A stretch of 64,000 nt of DNA from Bryobacterales bacterium (GTDB lineage Bacteria > Acidobacteriota > Terriglobia > Bryobacterales > UBA6623), in assembly GCA_963422375.2 (NCBI GenBank), contig OY729428.2, positions 192,001 to 256,000 of the forward strand. The letters are read 5' to 3'. Of this stretch, positions 1-9,586 are shown one piece after another; the stretch's first letter is position 1; the number at the start of each line of letters is the position of its first letter. Below the pieces are notes generated by a model. It was not told where the DNA came from, made no database searches, and was given only the letters and a program-made list of their open reading frames with translations. A program made the translations under genes and the position numbers.

Positions 1-2487
1 GTTCCGCACCAGCGCCACTTGCCGCAGCGTGTCCGTGCCGAGAATCCTCGCCCGGATCGCCGGCACCTCCGCTCCGACGCGGATCTCGTCGCCCATGAAG
101 GCCTCGCCGAGGCGGAACTCGAGGATGATGTTGTCCGTCGCCGCGTAGGTGTGCCGCCGACGGATGGCGTCGGCCACCCCCTCGCGCGTGGCGCTCTCCG
201 CGTACACCATGGCGTACGACATGTGCGTGGAGAGGTGGTCCGAGCTCGCGATTACTCCGAGCCGAAGACCCTTGGTCCAAGCGGCCGCGACCATGCCGTC
301 AGGGTGGATTTCCTCCAGCATGGCCGAGCCGGCCGAGGGATAGCCCTGCCCCACGTCCGTGAACGGGCAGCCGACGCATTCGTAGCTGTAGCGGTCGCCC
401 TGGAAAATCTCGACCACGGGCTCGAGCTCGGGGTCGCTGTCGCGCCAGTCGGTACCCATGTTCGTCGCGGACGTGTGCGAAATCGCGAGCCCGCCTGTGC
501 GGCGGATCTCCTCGTACAGCATCTTGGTATCGCCCTCGATGACAGACCCGATGCCGTTGTGGCGCTGCATGTACTCTTCCGGGCGCGCGAAGAAGGGCAC
601 GTTCCGGATGCCCCTCCGCGTGTGGAAGACATTGCGGTGCCCGTTGGGATAGCGCACGGATCGCTCGTAGCCGAATAGCGAGGCGTAGCCCTCGGTATGG
701 AACAGGTCGGCCGCCTTCTCGGTCAGCCACCACCAGTAGATGCGGTCGGCGCCGTACTGGTGGTCGGAAACGAAGCCCCAGTCCATCGACGCGGCGTCGA
801 GCATGTAGCGGTAAAAGTCGAGGAGCGATCCGTCGGGGGATGCCCGCAGATCCATCGACAGCTCGGTGTGGCGGTGGGTGTCTCCCCGCAGGATGCGCAG
901 CTGCCGACCGCGGACGCGGACGCGGAAGTCCCGGATGCGACGGACGTCACGATCCTCGTGCGGATGGCCCGCGGGGCGCGAGTCCACATCCGGGCCGCGC
1001 TCGCTGAGAGCGGGCTCGGAGGACGGCACTCCCGGCTCGTAGCGCGCGGCATAGACGTTCTCTATGACCGTTTCCTCGGGGAGATTGACCATCACGGAGA
1101 ACGTGGGGTGCCCGTCGCGCGGCCAGGCGATCCACAGCCCTTCGCGCGCCGGCGCGGCCGCGGCGAACATGCTCGAGCGGCCGCGGCTGTACGGCACCAT
1201 GGCGGGCTCGGTCCAGCCGTCCGCCGTCAGAGTGGTCACGAAGAAGCGCCAGTAGTCCGCCAGCCTGCGCCCCTGGCGGTTGCGGACCAGCAGGTGCAGG
1301 CGGCCTTGGTCGTCGATCGCGAGGCGCCCGTAGTGGTGCAGCTGCCCGCTCTCGGGGGTGTACACCTTCTGGCCCCGCTCGATTGCGAACGGCGGCGCCA
1401 TCCCGAGCCTGCGATCGCCCGCGTAGGCGACGACCTCCACGCCGCGCCGGTCGTAGATCGGATAGCCGGGCGCTGTCCCGACGGGATCGAGGCGCCCTTG
1501 ATCCTTGGCCCAGTTGACGCGGCCGGCCTCGTAGCTGACCCACACCCGGTCGCGGCCGTCGACAGCCAGGTCGGGTCGCGCTTCCAGACGCTCGGTGGCC
1601 GCTACCTCGACCACGGGGCCGGGCTCTCCCTCGGGGAGCCGCCGCATGAGCACGTCGTAGCGGCCCTTGTCGTAGGTGTCCCATGCGACGATCGCCGTGC
1701 CTTGGGAGTCGACAGCGACCGCGGGCTCCCAGTCGTTGCGGGGGCTCTCGCTGACCCTGGCCTCCTCGCCCCACGCGCCGTCCCGGTAGGCGATGTGGTA
1801 CACGTCGGACTGCCGTCCCCGGAACGCCTGCCAAGCGACGTGAATCGCGCCGTCCCGGAAGGCCACGTCGTGATCGAAGTCGGACTGCGGCGCGTCGGTG
1901 AGGCGCTGCAGCGGCCCGAAAACGCTCCCGTCGTACCAGCGGGCGTACAGATCGAAGTTGCCGTCCACCTGCTGCGACCAGACGGTCCACAGACGGCCCT
2001 CGCTGTCGAATGCCAGCCGCGGCCTCCAGACATCGCCGCTGACGCCCGGCACCTGCGTCCAGGTGCCCCAGCGCTGCTGGGCGCTGTCGTAGCGGGCCAG
2101 GCGCACCTGGTCGCGATACCCGTCGAAGCTGGCCCAGGCCATCCACGCGACCGACCGGTCGCGCGGGTGGGTGACGATATCGGGAAAGTCGTCGGAGCGC
2201 GTGTCCTCGGTCATGCGCATCGCATCGACGATGCGGGGATCCAAGGGAGGCTCCGGTTCGGGATCCCGGGGGGTCATGAACGCCTCCGACGCGCCCAAGT
2301 GCGGAATGTTCTTGCGCGCCACCTCGTGCTGGGCCGGGGCGTCGGGCCGCAAGCGGCCCGGCTGGGCATCGTTCGGCTGGCCGAGCAGGGTGCCGGCCGC
2401 GAGCGCGGCGAGACCTGCCAGCCGCAGCGAGAGGACCGTCAGTAACCGGCCCGCGCCAGCGGGGCCGCAGGGTGTCTCGTTGGCCAT
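1..2487 (-). CDS. Secreted beta-propeller + C-terminal PHP-family metallohydrolase (DUF3604/CehA-McbA-like); 3' end runs off the window
   Basis: Absent from the ORF track because there is no stop in the window. Manual translation from ATG 2487 gives MANETPC...LAGLAALAAGTLLGQ (signal-like), repeated 'P.lAvD.g.vWvaW' propeller blades, then PHP motifs GDTHRHT, VSDHQY, GHRN, ISHTS, ASSDH. Confidence 0.8.
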   Translation of the reverse strand, partial: MANETPCGPAGAGRLLTVLSLRLAGLAALAAGTLLGQPNDAQPGRLRPDAPAQHEVARKNIPHLGASEAFMTPRDPEPEPPLDPRIVDAMRMTEDTRSDDFPDIVTHPRDRSVAWMAWASFDGYRDQVRLARYDSAQQRWGTWTQVPGVSGDVWRPRLAFDSEGRLWTVWSQQVDGNFDLYARWYDGSVFGPLQRLTDAPQSDFDHDVAFRDGAIHVAWQAFRGRQSDVYHIAYRDGAWGEEARVSESPRNDWEPAVAVDSQGTAIVAWDTYDKGRYDVLMRRLPEGEPGPVVEVAATERLEARPDLAVDGRDRVWVSYEAGRVNWAKDQGRLDPVGTAPGYPIYDRRGVEVVAYAGDRRLGMAPPFAIERGQKVYTPESGQLHHYGRLAIDDQGRLHLLVRNRQGRRLADYWRFFVTTLTADGWTEPAMVPYSRGRSSMFAAAAPAREGLWIAWPRDGHPTFSVMVNLPEETVIENVYAARYEPGVPSSEPALSERGPDVDSRPAGHPHEDRDVRRIRDFRVRVRGRQLRILRGDTHRHTELSMDLRASPDGSLLDFYRYMLDAASMDWGFVSDHQYGADRIYWWWLTEKAADLFHTEGYASLFGYERSVRYPNGHRNVFHTRRGIRNVPFFARPEEYMQRHNGIGSVIEGDTKMLYEEIRRTGGLAISHTSATNMGTDWRDSDPELEPVVEIFQGDRYSYECVGCPFTDVGQGYPSAGSAMLEEIHPDGMVAAAWTKGLRLGVIASSDHLSTHMSYAMVYAESATREGVADAIRRRHTYAATDNIILEFRLGEAFMGDEIRVGAEVPAIRARILGTDTLRQVALVRN

Positions 2488-2676
2488 TCGCGACCTCTCC
2501 GGCGGAGCCGCTGCACGGGAAGGCGGATCGCAGCAGGCCCGAACCGCCCGATTCTAGCGAATCCGGCCGTCGAGCCAGCGCAAGCCCGCCCGGGAGCCGC
2601 CGCCGTTCGACCATGATGGAGTGTCGGCAGGCACGCCGCGCCAGCGGCGGGCCCGCGCAGCCGCGACCCCTGCCCG

Positions 2677-3462
2677 ATGGAACTCGAACCAGTCATCTCG
2701 ATCGCCAAGCGCGCGGGCTCCGCGATCATGGAGGTGTACTCGCGGGCCTTCAAAGTCCGGCGGAAGGCCGACGACTCGCCACTGACCGAGGCCGATACGG
2801 CCGCGCATCGGATCATCGCCGAGGGGCTGCGGAGCGCGTATCCCCGGATTCCGCTCCTGTCGGAGGAGAGCCCGGACCTAGCGGCGTATTCCGCCCGCCG
2901 GCAGTGGGAGCGCTACTGGCTGGTCGATCCGCTGGACGGGACCAAGGAGTTCGTCAAGCGGAACGGCCAGTTCACGGTCAACGTGGCCCTCGTGGAGCGA
3001 GGCGTCCCCGCCGCAGGCGTGGTGTTCGCGCCGGCGCGCGAGTGGATGTACTGGGGCGCGGTCGGCTCGGGCGCTTTCAAGGCCGTAGGGTCGGACAGCG
3101 CCAAGCCGATCCGCTGCGGGCCGATGCCCGCGACCGGACGCCTGCGGGTGGTCGGCAGCCGGACCCACCTAACGGACGAAACGCGCGCCTACGTGGACGG
3201 GCTGCGGGCCTCGTACAGCGAAATCTCGTTCCTGGCGATGGGGAGCTCGCTCAAGATCTGCCTGGTCGCGGAAGGGGCCGCGGACCTCTACCCGCGCCTG
3301 GCGCCGACGATGGAATGGGACACCGCCGCCGCTCATGCGATCCTGCGGGCGGCGGGCGGCCGCCTGATCGACTACGCCGAGGGCAGCGAGGTGCGCTACA
3401 ACAAGGAGGACCTGCGGAACGGCTGGTTCGTGGCGGAATCGCCCCGGAAGGCCCCAAGCTAG
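2677..3462 (+). CDS. cysQ: 3'(2'),5'-bisphosphate nucleotidase CysQ
   Basis: Inositol-monophosphatase motifs SPLTEAD, LSEE, WLVDPLDGTKEF, GSSLKICLVAEG, YPRLAPTMEWDTAA. Confidence 0.95.
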   Translation: MELEPVISIAKRAGSAIMEVYSRAFKVRRKADDSPLTEADTAAHRIIAEGLRSAYPRIPLLSEESPDLAAYSARRQWERYWLVDPLDGTKEFVKRNGQFTVNVALVERGVPAAGVVFAPAREWMYWGAVGSGAFKAVGSDSAKPIRCGPMPATGRLRVVGSRTHLTDETRAYVDGLRASYSEISFLAMGSSLKICLVAEGAADLYPRLAPTMEWDTAAAHAILRAAGGRLIDYAEGSEVRYNKEDLRNGWFVAESPRKAPS

Positions 3463-3468
3463 AGGGAG

Positions 3469-3945
3469 ATGGCGGCGACTGCGAACGACCGGGCGCTCGC
3501 GGGCCTAGCGGACCTAGCCCTCGGCGAGGCCCTGGGACGGATCCTTGCGGCCCTGGACGCCGAGACGGGCACGGTCCATCGCCTAGGGGCCGACGGCTGC
3601 CTGCACCTCGCAGAGCATGCCGGGAGCATCCCGGAAGACCTGCTCCCGGTGATCCGGCGCATTCCGGTGGGCAAGGGCATGGCGGGGCTCGCGGCCGAGC
3701 GCGGCGAGCCAGTGCAGATTTGCAACCTGCAGACCGACGGAAGCGGCCGAGCGCGGCCAGGGGCCCGGGCCACCGGCATGGGAGGGTCGATCTGCGTTCC
3801 CATGAGGGCCCGGGGGCGGCTGGTAGGCGTTGTCGGTGTCGCGGTCGCTCGCGAGCGCGAATTCAGCGCGGCGGAAGCCGCCTGGCTGACGGAGGCCGGC
3901 GCGGCCCTAGCCGCCGACGAAGGAGATCCATGGCCGTCCAGCTAG
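3469..3945 (+). CDS. Stand-alone GAF-domain protein
   Basis: GAF signature RIPVGKGMAGLAAERGEPV...SICVPMRARGRLVGVVGV; SD AGGGAG upstream. Confidence 0.85.
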   Translation: MAATANDRALAGLADLALGEALGRILAALDAETGTVHRLGADGCLHLAEHAGSIPEDLLPVIRRIPVGKGMAGLAAERGEPVQICNLQTDGSGRARPGARATGMGGSICVPMRARGRLVGVVGVAVAREREFSAAEAAWLTEAGAALAADEGDPWPSS

Positions 3946-5489
3946 TCACTCTGGATCCGGCCCTGGTCCCGTCCAAGCCTTGGATCCGCCTGCACCCGAG
4001 CGACAACGTGGTCGTCGCTCGCACCCACATACCGGCCGGCGCCGCGCTCGAAGTCGAGGGGACCGCGATCAACGTCAAGCAGCCGATCGCGCCGGGGCAC
4101 AAGATGACCGTGCTGCCGATCGCGCAAGGGGGGATCGTCTACAAGTACGGCGAGGAGATCGGCCGCGCGGACGCGGCTCTCGGCGCGGGCGAGTGGGTGC
4201 ATACCCACAACCTGCGGTTCGACATCGACGAGCGAAGCTACGAATTCGGCACGGCCCGCTCGGATCTGCCGGATCTCCCGCTCCCCGCGAAGCGGACGTT
4301 CATGGGCTATCCGCGCGCCGACGGCCGCGCGGGCACTCGCAACTACGTGGCGATCGTCGGCGCGAGCCATTGCGCCGCGCACGTGACAGAGAGGATCGCG
4401 GCCGCCTTCCGCGACGAGTCGTTCGAGGGAACGGGCGTAGACGGTGTGGTCGCGCTGCCACACACCGACGGATGCGGCCAGGCGGAAGGCGAAGACTCCA
4501 AGCTGCTGCGCAAGACGCTGGACGGGCTGGCCGACCATCCGAACGTGGCGGCCGCGGTCGTTGTCGGGCTCGGCTGCGAGGTGAACCAGGTCGGCTACTA
4601 CTTGCGGCCGGATCCCGCCGCGGGCGCGCCGCCCCGGCGCGGGCTGACGCTCCAAGAGAGCGGCGGGACGCGCCAAGCGGTCGAGGACGGCGCCAAGGCG
4701 GTCCGGGAGATAATCGCGGCTGCAGGCCGGATCGGGCGGCAGCCCTGCCCGGTCTCGCAGATCGCCATCTCGCTCGAGTGCGGGGGCTCGGACGCATTCT
4801 CCGGGATCACGGCGAATCCCGGCGTGGGCTACTGCGCGGATCTAGTGGTGAAGCAGGGCGGCACGGCCTGCTTGGGCGAGACCACCGAGATATGGGGCGC
4901 GGAGCATCTCCTGACGCGGCGCGCGGCCAGCCCCGCGGTCGGCCGACGGCTGCTGGACGCTCTCGAGTGGTACTTCGACTACGTCGGCCGGTTCCGGGAT
5001 TCGGTGACGTTCAACAGCAATCCCTCGCCCGGCAACCTGGCGGGCGGCATTACGAATATCGCGGAGAAGTCACTGGGGGCGATCGCCAAGGGCGGGCAGT
5101 CGACGCTGAGCGCTGTGTACGACTACGCCGAGAGGATCACCGAGCGGGGCTTCGTGTTCATGAACAGCCCCGGCTACGACCCAGCCTCGGTAACCGGCAT
5201 GGTCGCCGGCGGCTGCAACATCTGCTTTTTCACAACCGGTCGCGGCAGCTGCTTCGGATTCGCCACGGCGCCGGTCATCAAGGTCGCTTCGAACTCGGCG
5301 ACGGCACGCCACATGGACGAGGACATGGACATCAACGCCGGCACCGTGGCGGACGGCGAGGAGGATATCGCCTCTCTGGGGCGCAGGATGTACGAGACGC
5401 TGCTGGAGGTCGCTTCCGGGCGCCGGACATGCAGCGAGAAGCTCGGGCACCGCGAGATGATGACTTGGCGGATCGGACCCGTTCTCTGA
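3930..5489 (+). CDS. uxaA: UxaA-family (altronate/galactarate) dehydratase, SAF + GD_AH_C domains
   Basis: Start MAVQLV after AGGAG. Motifs LHPSDNVVVA, GHK, KYGEEIG, HTHN, GTRNY, GLGCE, CGGSD, NPSPGN..GG, EKSLGA, FTTGRGS. The upstream part of the 2472..5489 ORF is spurious. Confidence 0.9.
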   Translation: MAVQLVTLDPALVPSKPWIRLHPSDNVVVARTHIPAGAALEVEGTAINVKQPIAPGHKMTVLPIAQGGIVYKYGEEIGRADAALGAGEWVHTHNLRFDIDERSYEFGTARSDLPDLPLPAKRTFMGYPRADGRAGTRNYVAIVGASHCAAHVTERIAAAFRDESFEGTGVDGVVALPHTDGCGQAEGEDSKLLRKTLDGLADHPNVAAAVVVGLGCEVNQVGYYLRPDPAAGAPPRRGLTLQESGGTRQAVEDGAKAVREIIAAAGRIGRQPCPVSQIAISLECGGSDAFSGITANPGVGYCADLVVKQGGTACLGETTEIWGAEHLLTRRAASPAVGRRLLDALEWYFDYVGRFRDSVTFNSNPSPGNLAGGITNIAEKSLGAIAKGGQSTLSAVYDYAERITERGFVFMNSPGYDPASVTGMVAGGCNICFFTTGRGSCFGFATAPVIKVASNSATARHMDEDMDINAGTVADGEEDIASLGRRMYETLLEVASGRRTCSEKLGHREMMTWRIGPVL

Positions 5490-5538
5490 CCGCGACGGGA
5501 GCCGCGACTCAGCGAGGGGTGTACCATTGAGGGTGGAC

Positions 5539-5612
5539 GCCGGGGTAGCTCAGCTGGTAAGAGCGACGGACTCATAACCCGTAGGTCGGCGGTTCGAGCC
5601 CGCCTCCCGGCA
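5539..5612 (+). tRNA. tRNA-Met(CAT), probably elongator; CCA not fully encoded
   Basis: GCCGGGG/CCCGGC acceptor stem, D-arm TAGCTCAGCTGGTAAGAGC, anticodon loop CTCATAA, T-loop GGTTCGAGCC. No C1:A72 mismatch, so not initiator. A TACCAT -10-like box lies upstream. Confidence 0.93.
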
Positions 5613-6405
5613 CCGCTTGCGGATTCCCGCGACCCGTCTAGCCCGGGCGGCTCTCGTAAGCGTCAGCCCAGACCCTCCCCTGCTCCTGCGGCGATCCCGC
5701 AAGCGCTGCCATCCCAAGCGGACGGTGGCGGAGCGCCCGCAGCCATCCGCGGCAGTGTCGTCGGGCTGGCTCGAGACCGGCCTGGTCACGGTGGCCCGCA
5801 AGCAAAGCACAACCGCCGGACCCGTTGGTACGCGCGTGGCGCCCGGCCATGCCGTGCCGAGTCCGTGGCGGTTCCGCGGAGTTACTTCGCTTGACTCGAA
5901 AGAGCGCGACGCGAGGATCCCGACCCGTTCTTTCCGGCCGAACCGCTCGCAAAGCCACCCGCAGCGGAACCGGAGGCGCTCGCCAATCACCGGCCCGGGC
6001 TGCCCGCGCACCATCGCCTCCATCACCGCAACCAAGCCCTCTTAGTGGTCGGAGATACGTCAGTGCGATTATCCTGACAGGCGTCAAGTCGCGCCAGCCG
6101 AATCGGGCGTGAATGGGACGGCCCAATCTCTCGCATTCCGCGCGGCACCATCGCTCAACTCCGCTTCGATTGGCAGGCTGCCGGGACCAGGTCGAAGGGA
6201 TTACGGTCGAATGAAGGCCGGGGTTCCGGCGCTAGCTGGACAAGGACGGCTCGTTGCGGCTGCGCGCGGAACCAATGGATCGGGGCTATTCGGCGGGACA
6301 AGTGGCCATCGAACCAGTCCCTCCAACCCTGCGGACAGAACGCCGCGTTGAAGCTCGCGCTTGCGTCTTGGGACCGCCGTTCCGGCTGAGTTACGAGCCG
6401 CTAGC

Positions 6406-7086
6406 CTAGCGCTCCTCGAAGGGGAGATCGTTGAAATTCCTAGTCAGCGGCACCACCTCGGCCCCGGGCGGCGCCTTGAACTCGAAGAGCGCGGCCGCAA
6501 GACTCGGATTCTTCACTTCATCGGAAAAACGGTAGGCGTTGACGGACTCGTCCCGGCCGACGATCCGTATTCCCGTGATCGCGTAGTCGTCGGGAGTGAA
6601 GGCGAACTCCACTCTCGAGAAGAAATCCTGGCCTCCGCGACCCTCGCCTAGGAGCGCCGGCTGCCCCTCCACCTCGCCGACGCGCAAGTTGCGGAACATC
6701 CGCCGGAGGCGCATCCGGCCCAGAAGAAACGAGAGGGGCGCCCGCAAGTCGGTCATCTCCTCGAGATTGACCTGGCGGACCTGGTGGGTGTAGGGATTGT
6801 ACTGCCGAAAGACGGTCCCGTCGCTGACACCCAGCTTCCCCTGCGGGTCGCTGTACTCCCAGCGCATCTTGCCGGGGCGCAGCAGGTAGAGCGTGCCCGA
6901 TTCCGAGTTACGCTTCCTGCCGGCGTATTCCATGGACTGCTCAAAGCCCATCTTCAAGGCGCTGAGGCTGTTGTAGTGGCGCTCGATGCCCTCGACCACA
7001 TTGTCGACTGACTGGGCCTGCAGATGGAGTTCCGAAGCAGCCGCCAAGGCGAGCGCGAGACAGGAGAGTGCGACGAGTCGAATCAT
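6406..7086 (-). CDS. lolA: Outer-membrane lipoprotein carrier LolA
   Basis: Signal peptide; FEQ...SGTLYLLRPGKMRWEYSDPQGKLGVSDG; C-terminal LFEFKAPPGAEV. Confidence 0.9.
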   Translation of the reverse strand: MIRLVALSCLALALAAASELHLQAQSVDNVVEGIERHYNSLSALKMGFEQSMEYAGRKRNSESGTLYLLRPGKMRWEYSDPQGKLGVSDGTVFRQYNPYTHQVRQVNLEEMTDLRAPLSFLLGRMRLRRMFRNLRVGEVEGQPALLGEGRGGQDFFSRVEFAFTPDDYAITGIRIVGRDESVNAYRFSDEVKNPSLAAALFEFKAPPGAEVVPLTRNFNDLPFEER

Positions 7087-7161
7087 GAACTATGGCAGGG
7101 TCCGGCACATTCGGCGCATCGCGGGCCGGCCCTGCGTTCAGTGTAGCGCACGGCGCGGCGG

Positions 7162-8349
7162 TCAGTCGCGGAGCAGCTTCCGGATGCCCCTGGTGGCTTG
7201 GCGGATGCGCTGGACGTTCTCGACGAGGGCGAAGCGGACGTGCCTGTCGCCGCCCGGCCCGAAGCCGATGCCGGGCGACACGGCAACGAGCGCTCTCTCG
7301 AGCATCAGCTTGGAGAACTCGAGCGAACCGGCCCAAGAGTACCGCTCGGGGATCTTGCCCCACACGAACATGGTCGCCTTGGGGCCCTCGATCTCCCAGC
7401 CGCCCTTGCCCAGGCCGTCGATCAGAGCGTCGCGGCGCGCCTCGTACATCGCAGCGGTTTCGCGCGTGAACTCTTCGCACTGGCGGAGAGCGATGATCGC
7501 GGCAATCTGGATCGGCTGGAACATGCCGTAGTCCAAGTAGCTCTTGATCCGTCCCAGCGCGTCAATCATCTTCGGATTCCCGAGACAGAACCCGACCCGC
7601 CAACCGGGCATGCTGTAGCTCTTGGACATCGAGAAGATCTCCACGCCGACCTCCTTGGCGCCGGGCACTTGGAGCATCGAGGGTGCCCGGTAGCCGTCGA
7701 AGGCGATGTCGGCGTAGGCGAAGTCATGCACCAGCATGGTGCCGTGGCGGTGCGCCAGCTCGACGAGCCGGTGAAAGAAGCCTGCGTCGGCGCACAGGGT
7801 CGTGGGGTTGTGGGGGAATGAGGTCAGGATCATCGCGGGCCTGGGGCCCGGTCCCTTGAATAAATCCTCGGCACGGTTCAGGAATTCGTCCGCCGAGGGC
7901 ATCGGAACGGCGATCTGCCGACCGTCCGCCATGACCACGCCCCACTGATGAATGGGGTACGAGGGATCCGGCATCACGACCCCGTCGCCGGGCCCGATCG
8001 TCGCGAATGTCAGGTGGGCGAGGGCGTCCTTCGAGCCCATCGTCGCGATGGCCTCGGTCTCGGGATCCAAGTCTACGTCGTAGTTCGCCTTGTAGCGCTT
8101 GCAGATCTCCTCGCGCAGGCGCGGGATCCCTCGGGACAGGGAATACCTGTGGTTGCGCTTGTCCCGGGCCGCCTCGGTGAGCTTGTCCACAACGGCGGCA
8201 GGAGTGGCCCCGTCGGGATTGCCCATGCCAAGATCGATAATGTCGAGGCCGGCTCTCCGGGCCTTGGAGCGCATCATGTTGATTTCGGCGAATACGTACT
8301 TCGGGAGCTGCCCGATGCGATAGAACTCGCGCCCGTCGAGAAGGCCCAC
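7162..8349 (-). CDS. alaC: PLP-dependent class I/II aminotransferase, AlaC-like
   Basis: LPKYVF, DIIDLGMGNPD, YSLSRGIPRLR, FPHNPT, HDFAY, SMSKSYSMPGWRVGF, IKSYLDYG, VSPGIGFG, VRFALVEN. Confidence 0.85.
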   Translation of the reverse strand: MGLLDGREFYRIGQLPKYVFAEINMMRSKARRAGLDIIDLGMGNPDGATPAAVVDKLTEAARDKRNHRYSLSRGIPRLREEICKRYKANYDVDLDPETEAIATMGSKDALAHLTFATIGPGDGVVMPDPSYPIHQWGVVMADGRQIAVPMPSADEFLNRAEDLFKGPGPRPAMILTSFPHNPTTLCADAGFFHRLVELAHRHGTMLVHDFAYADIAFDGYRAPSMLQVPGAKEVGVEIFSMSKSYSMPGWRVGFCLGNPKMIDALGRIKSYLDYGMFQPIQIAAIIALRQCEEFTRETAAMYEARRDALIDGLGKGGWEIEGPKATMFVWGKIPERYSWAGSLEFSKLMLERALVAVSPGIGFGPGGDRHVRFALVENVQRIRQATRGIRKLLRD

Positions 8350-9586
8350 AGCCTCATTCTCTCAAACGCGCGCAGCTGGCCCGTATCGGCAGGAACCGAC
8401 CCAAGACACGGAGATGACACGGTTGAGTCCGCGCCTTGCGTTGGCGCAATCGGCAGGTTGTCGGCGAGGACGACAGTCGCGCAGCCGTCGTGTCGGCGAC
8501 AGGAACCGCAGGCGCTTCCCAAGCGCCCCGAGGGACACACGGGATACCGTCAGCCGACAGTCAAGACACGGACCAGAATGGGTAGCCCCGATTGCCGACC
8601 CTCGCTGGCTGGGGCGATAATCCTTGCGGTGGGTGTCGATCTAGCGCTCAGGCCGCTGGAGTGCCGCTCGCATTCCTAGGCGCATGCGGCATGATCACTG
8701 CGTCGCAGCACTTGTAGGCAAACGAATAGGAGGTAGTCGCGGTCGATTTGTCCAGAGCGCGCTACCGAGACGCGATCCATCTTTCCGGGGTCGCTCTCGC
8801 CAATGAGAGCTCCGATCCAGCAGTTGGTTTCCGCCTAGCCAATCTCGCCGGAGCCATGGCATGCAATGCTGACCTGCGGATGGCGGAAGGCTCCTGCACC
8901 TGTCTGAACGAGGTAGGAATACGACGCGCGTAGACTAACCGGTGCAGGCCTACGCGCTCGCGCGCGCAGATCAGAGGAGCGGTAGCGGGTTCCGAAGCAC
9001 TCGACCTCCCGCTGGATGCGCCTCTCGTTGTCCGGGCCGCGGACCGCGAGGCCGATGCGGAATTCGCACTCCTGCACAAGCGCGGCGCGGGGAGTGCCCC
9101 AGCAATCCGGTGGGATCGATAGGAAGCCCGCGGCGCGAGAATACGGGACCGAGGGGCCGGTCCGCCGCAGGAAGGCGACAGGCCTTGCCGGCATGATTCA
9201 CCCAACGGCACGAGGTCGGCAAGGCGGCAGCCAATGCCGTGCGAGGAGCGTCGAGAGGCGAAGCTCTGCAAGCACGGCGGGAAGCGATTCCGGGGCGGAC
9301 TCCGAAATGCTCGGGCTAGCCGGTCGGTGAGCGCGCCGATGCCACCAGGTTGGAGCGGCACCCAAGACTATCGCGCCCTAGGCGTCGGACAGCATCCAGG
9401 ATCGCCTGAAGCACCTCGAGCGGCCGACTCCTCGTCTTCAGTGCATCAAGCGCAAGCCGGCCGTCCCCGCCAACGCCCCTTCGACCTCTTTCCGGAGCGC
9501 GACGCGATCGGAGCGGCGTCTGCGCATGAAGCCCGAGCGCCAGCGGCCCGGGCCGGCACGGCGCAGCTGGGCTCGCTCCGCCCGCA

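Noticed and set aside
3469..3945. GAF protein as free Met-R-sulfoxide reductase (MsrC)
   Set aside because: It lacks the LGPFQG...C and GVCG catalytic Cys motifs.
2472..5489. 1005-aa ORF suggesting a large UxaA fusion
   Set aside because: The N-terminal half is an off-frame read through cysQ and the GAF gene; the real start with SD is at 3930.
5539..6405. tRNA-Met as an integration site
   Set aside because: No integrase next to it, and no duplicated tRNA 3' end noticed.
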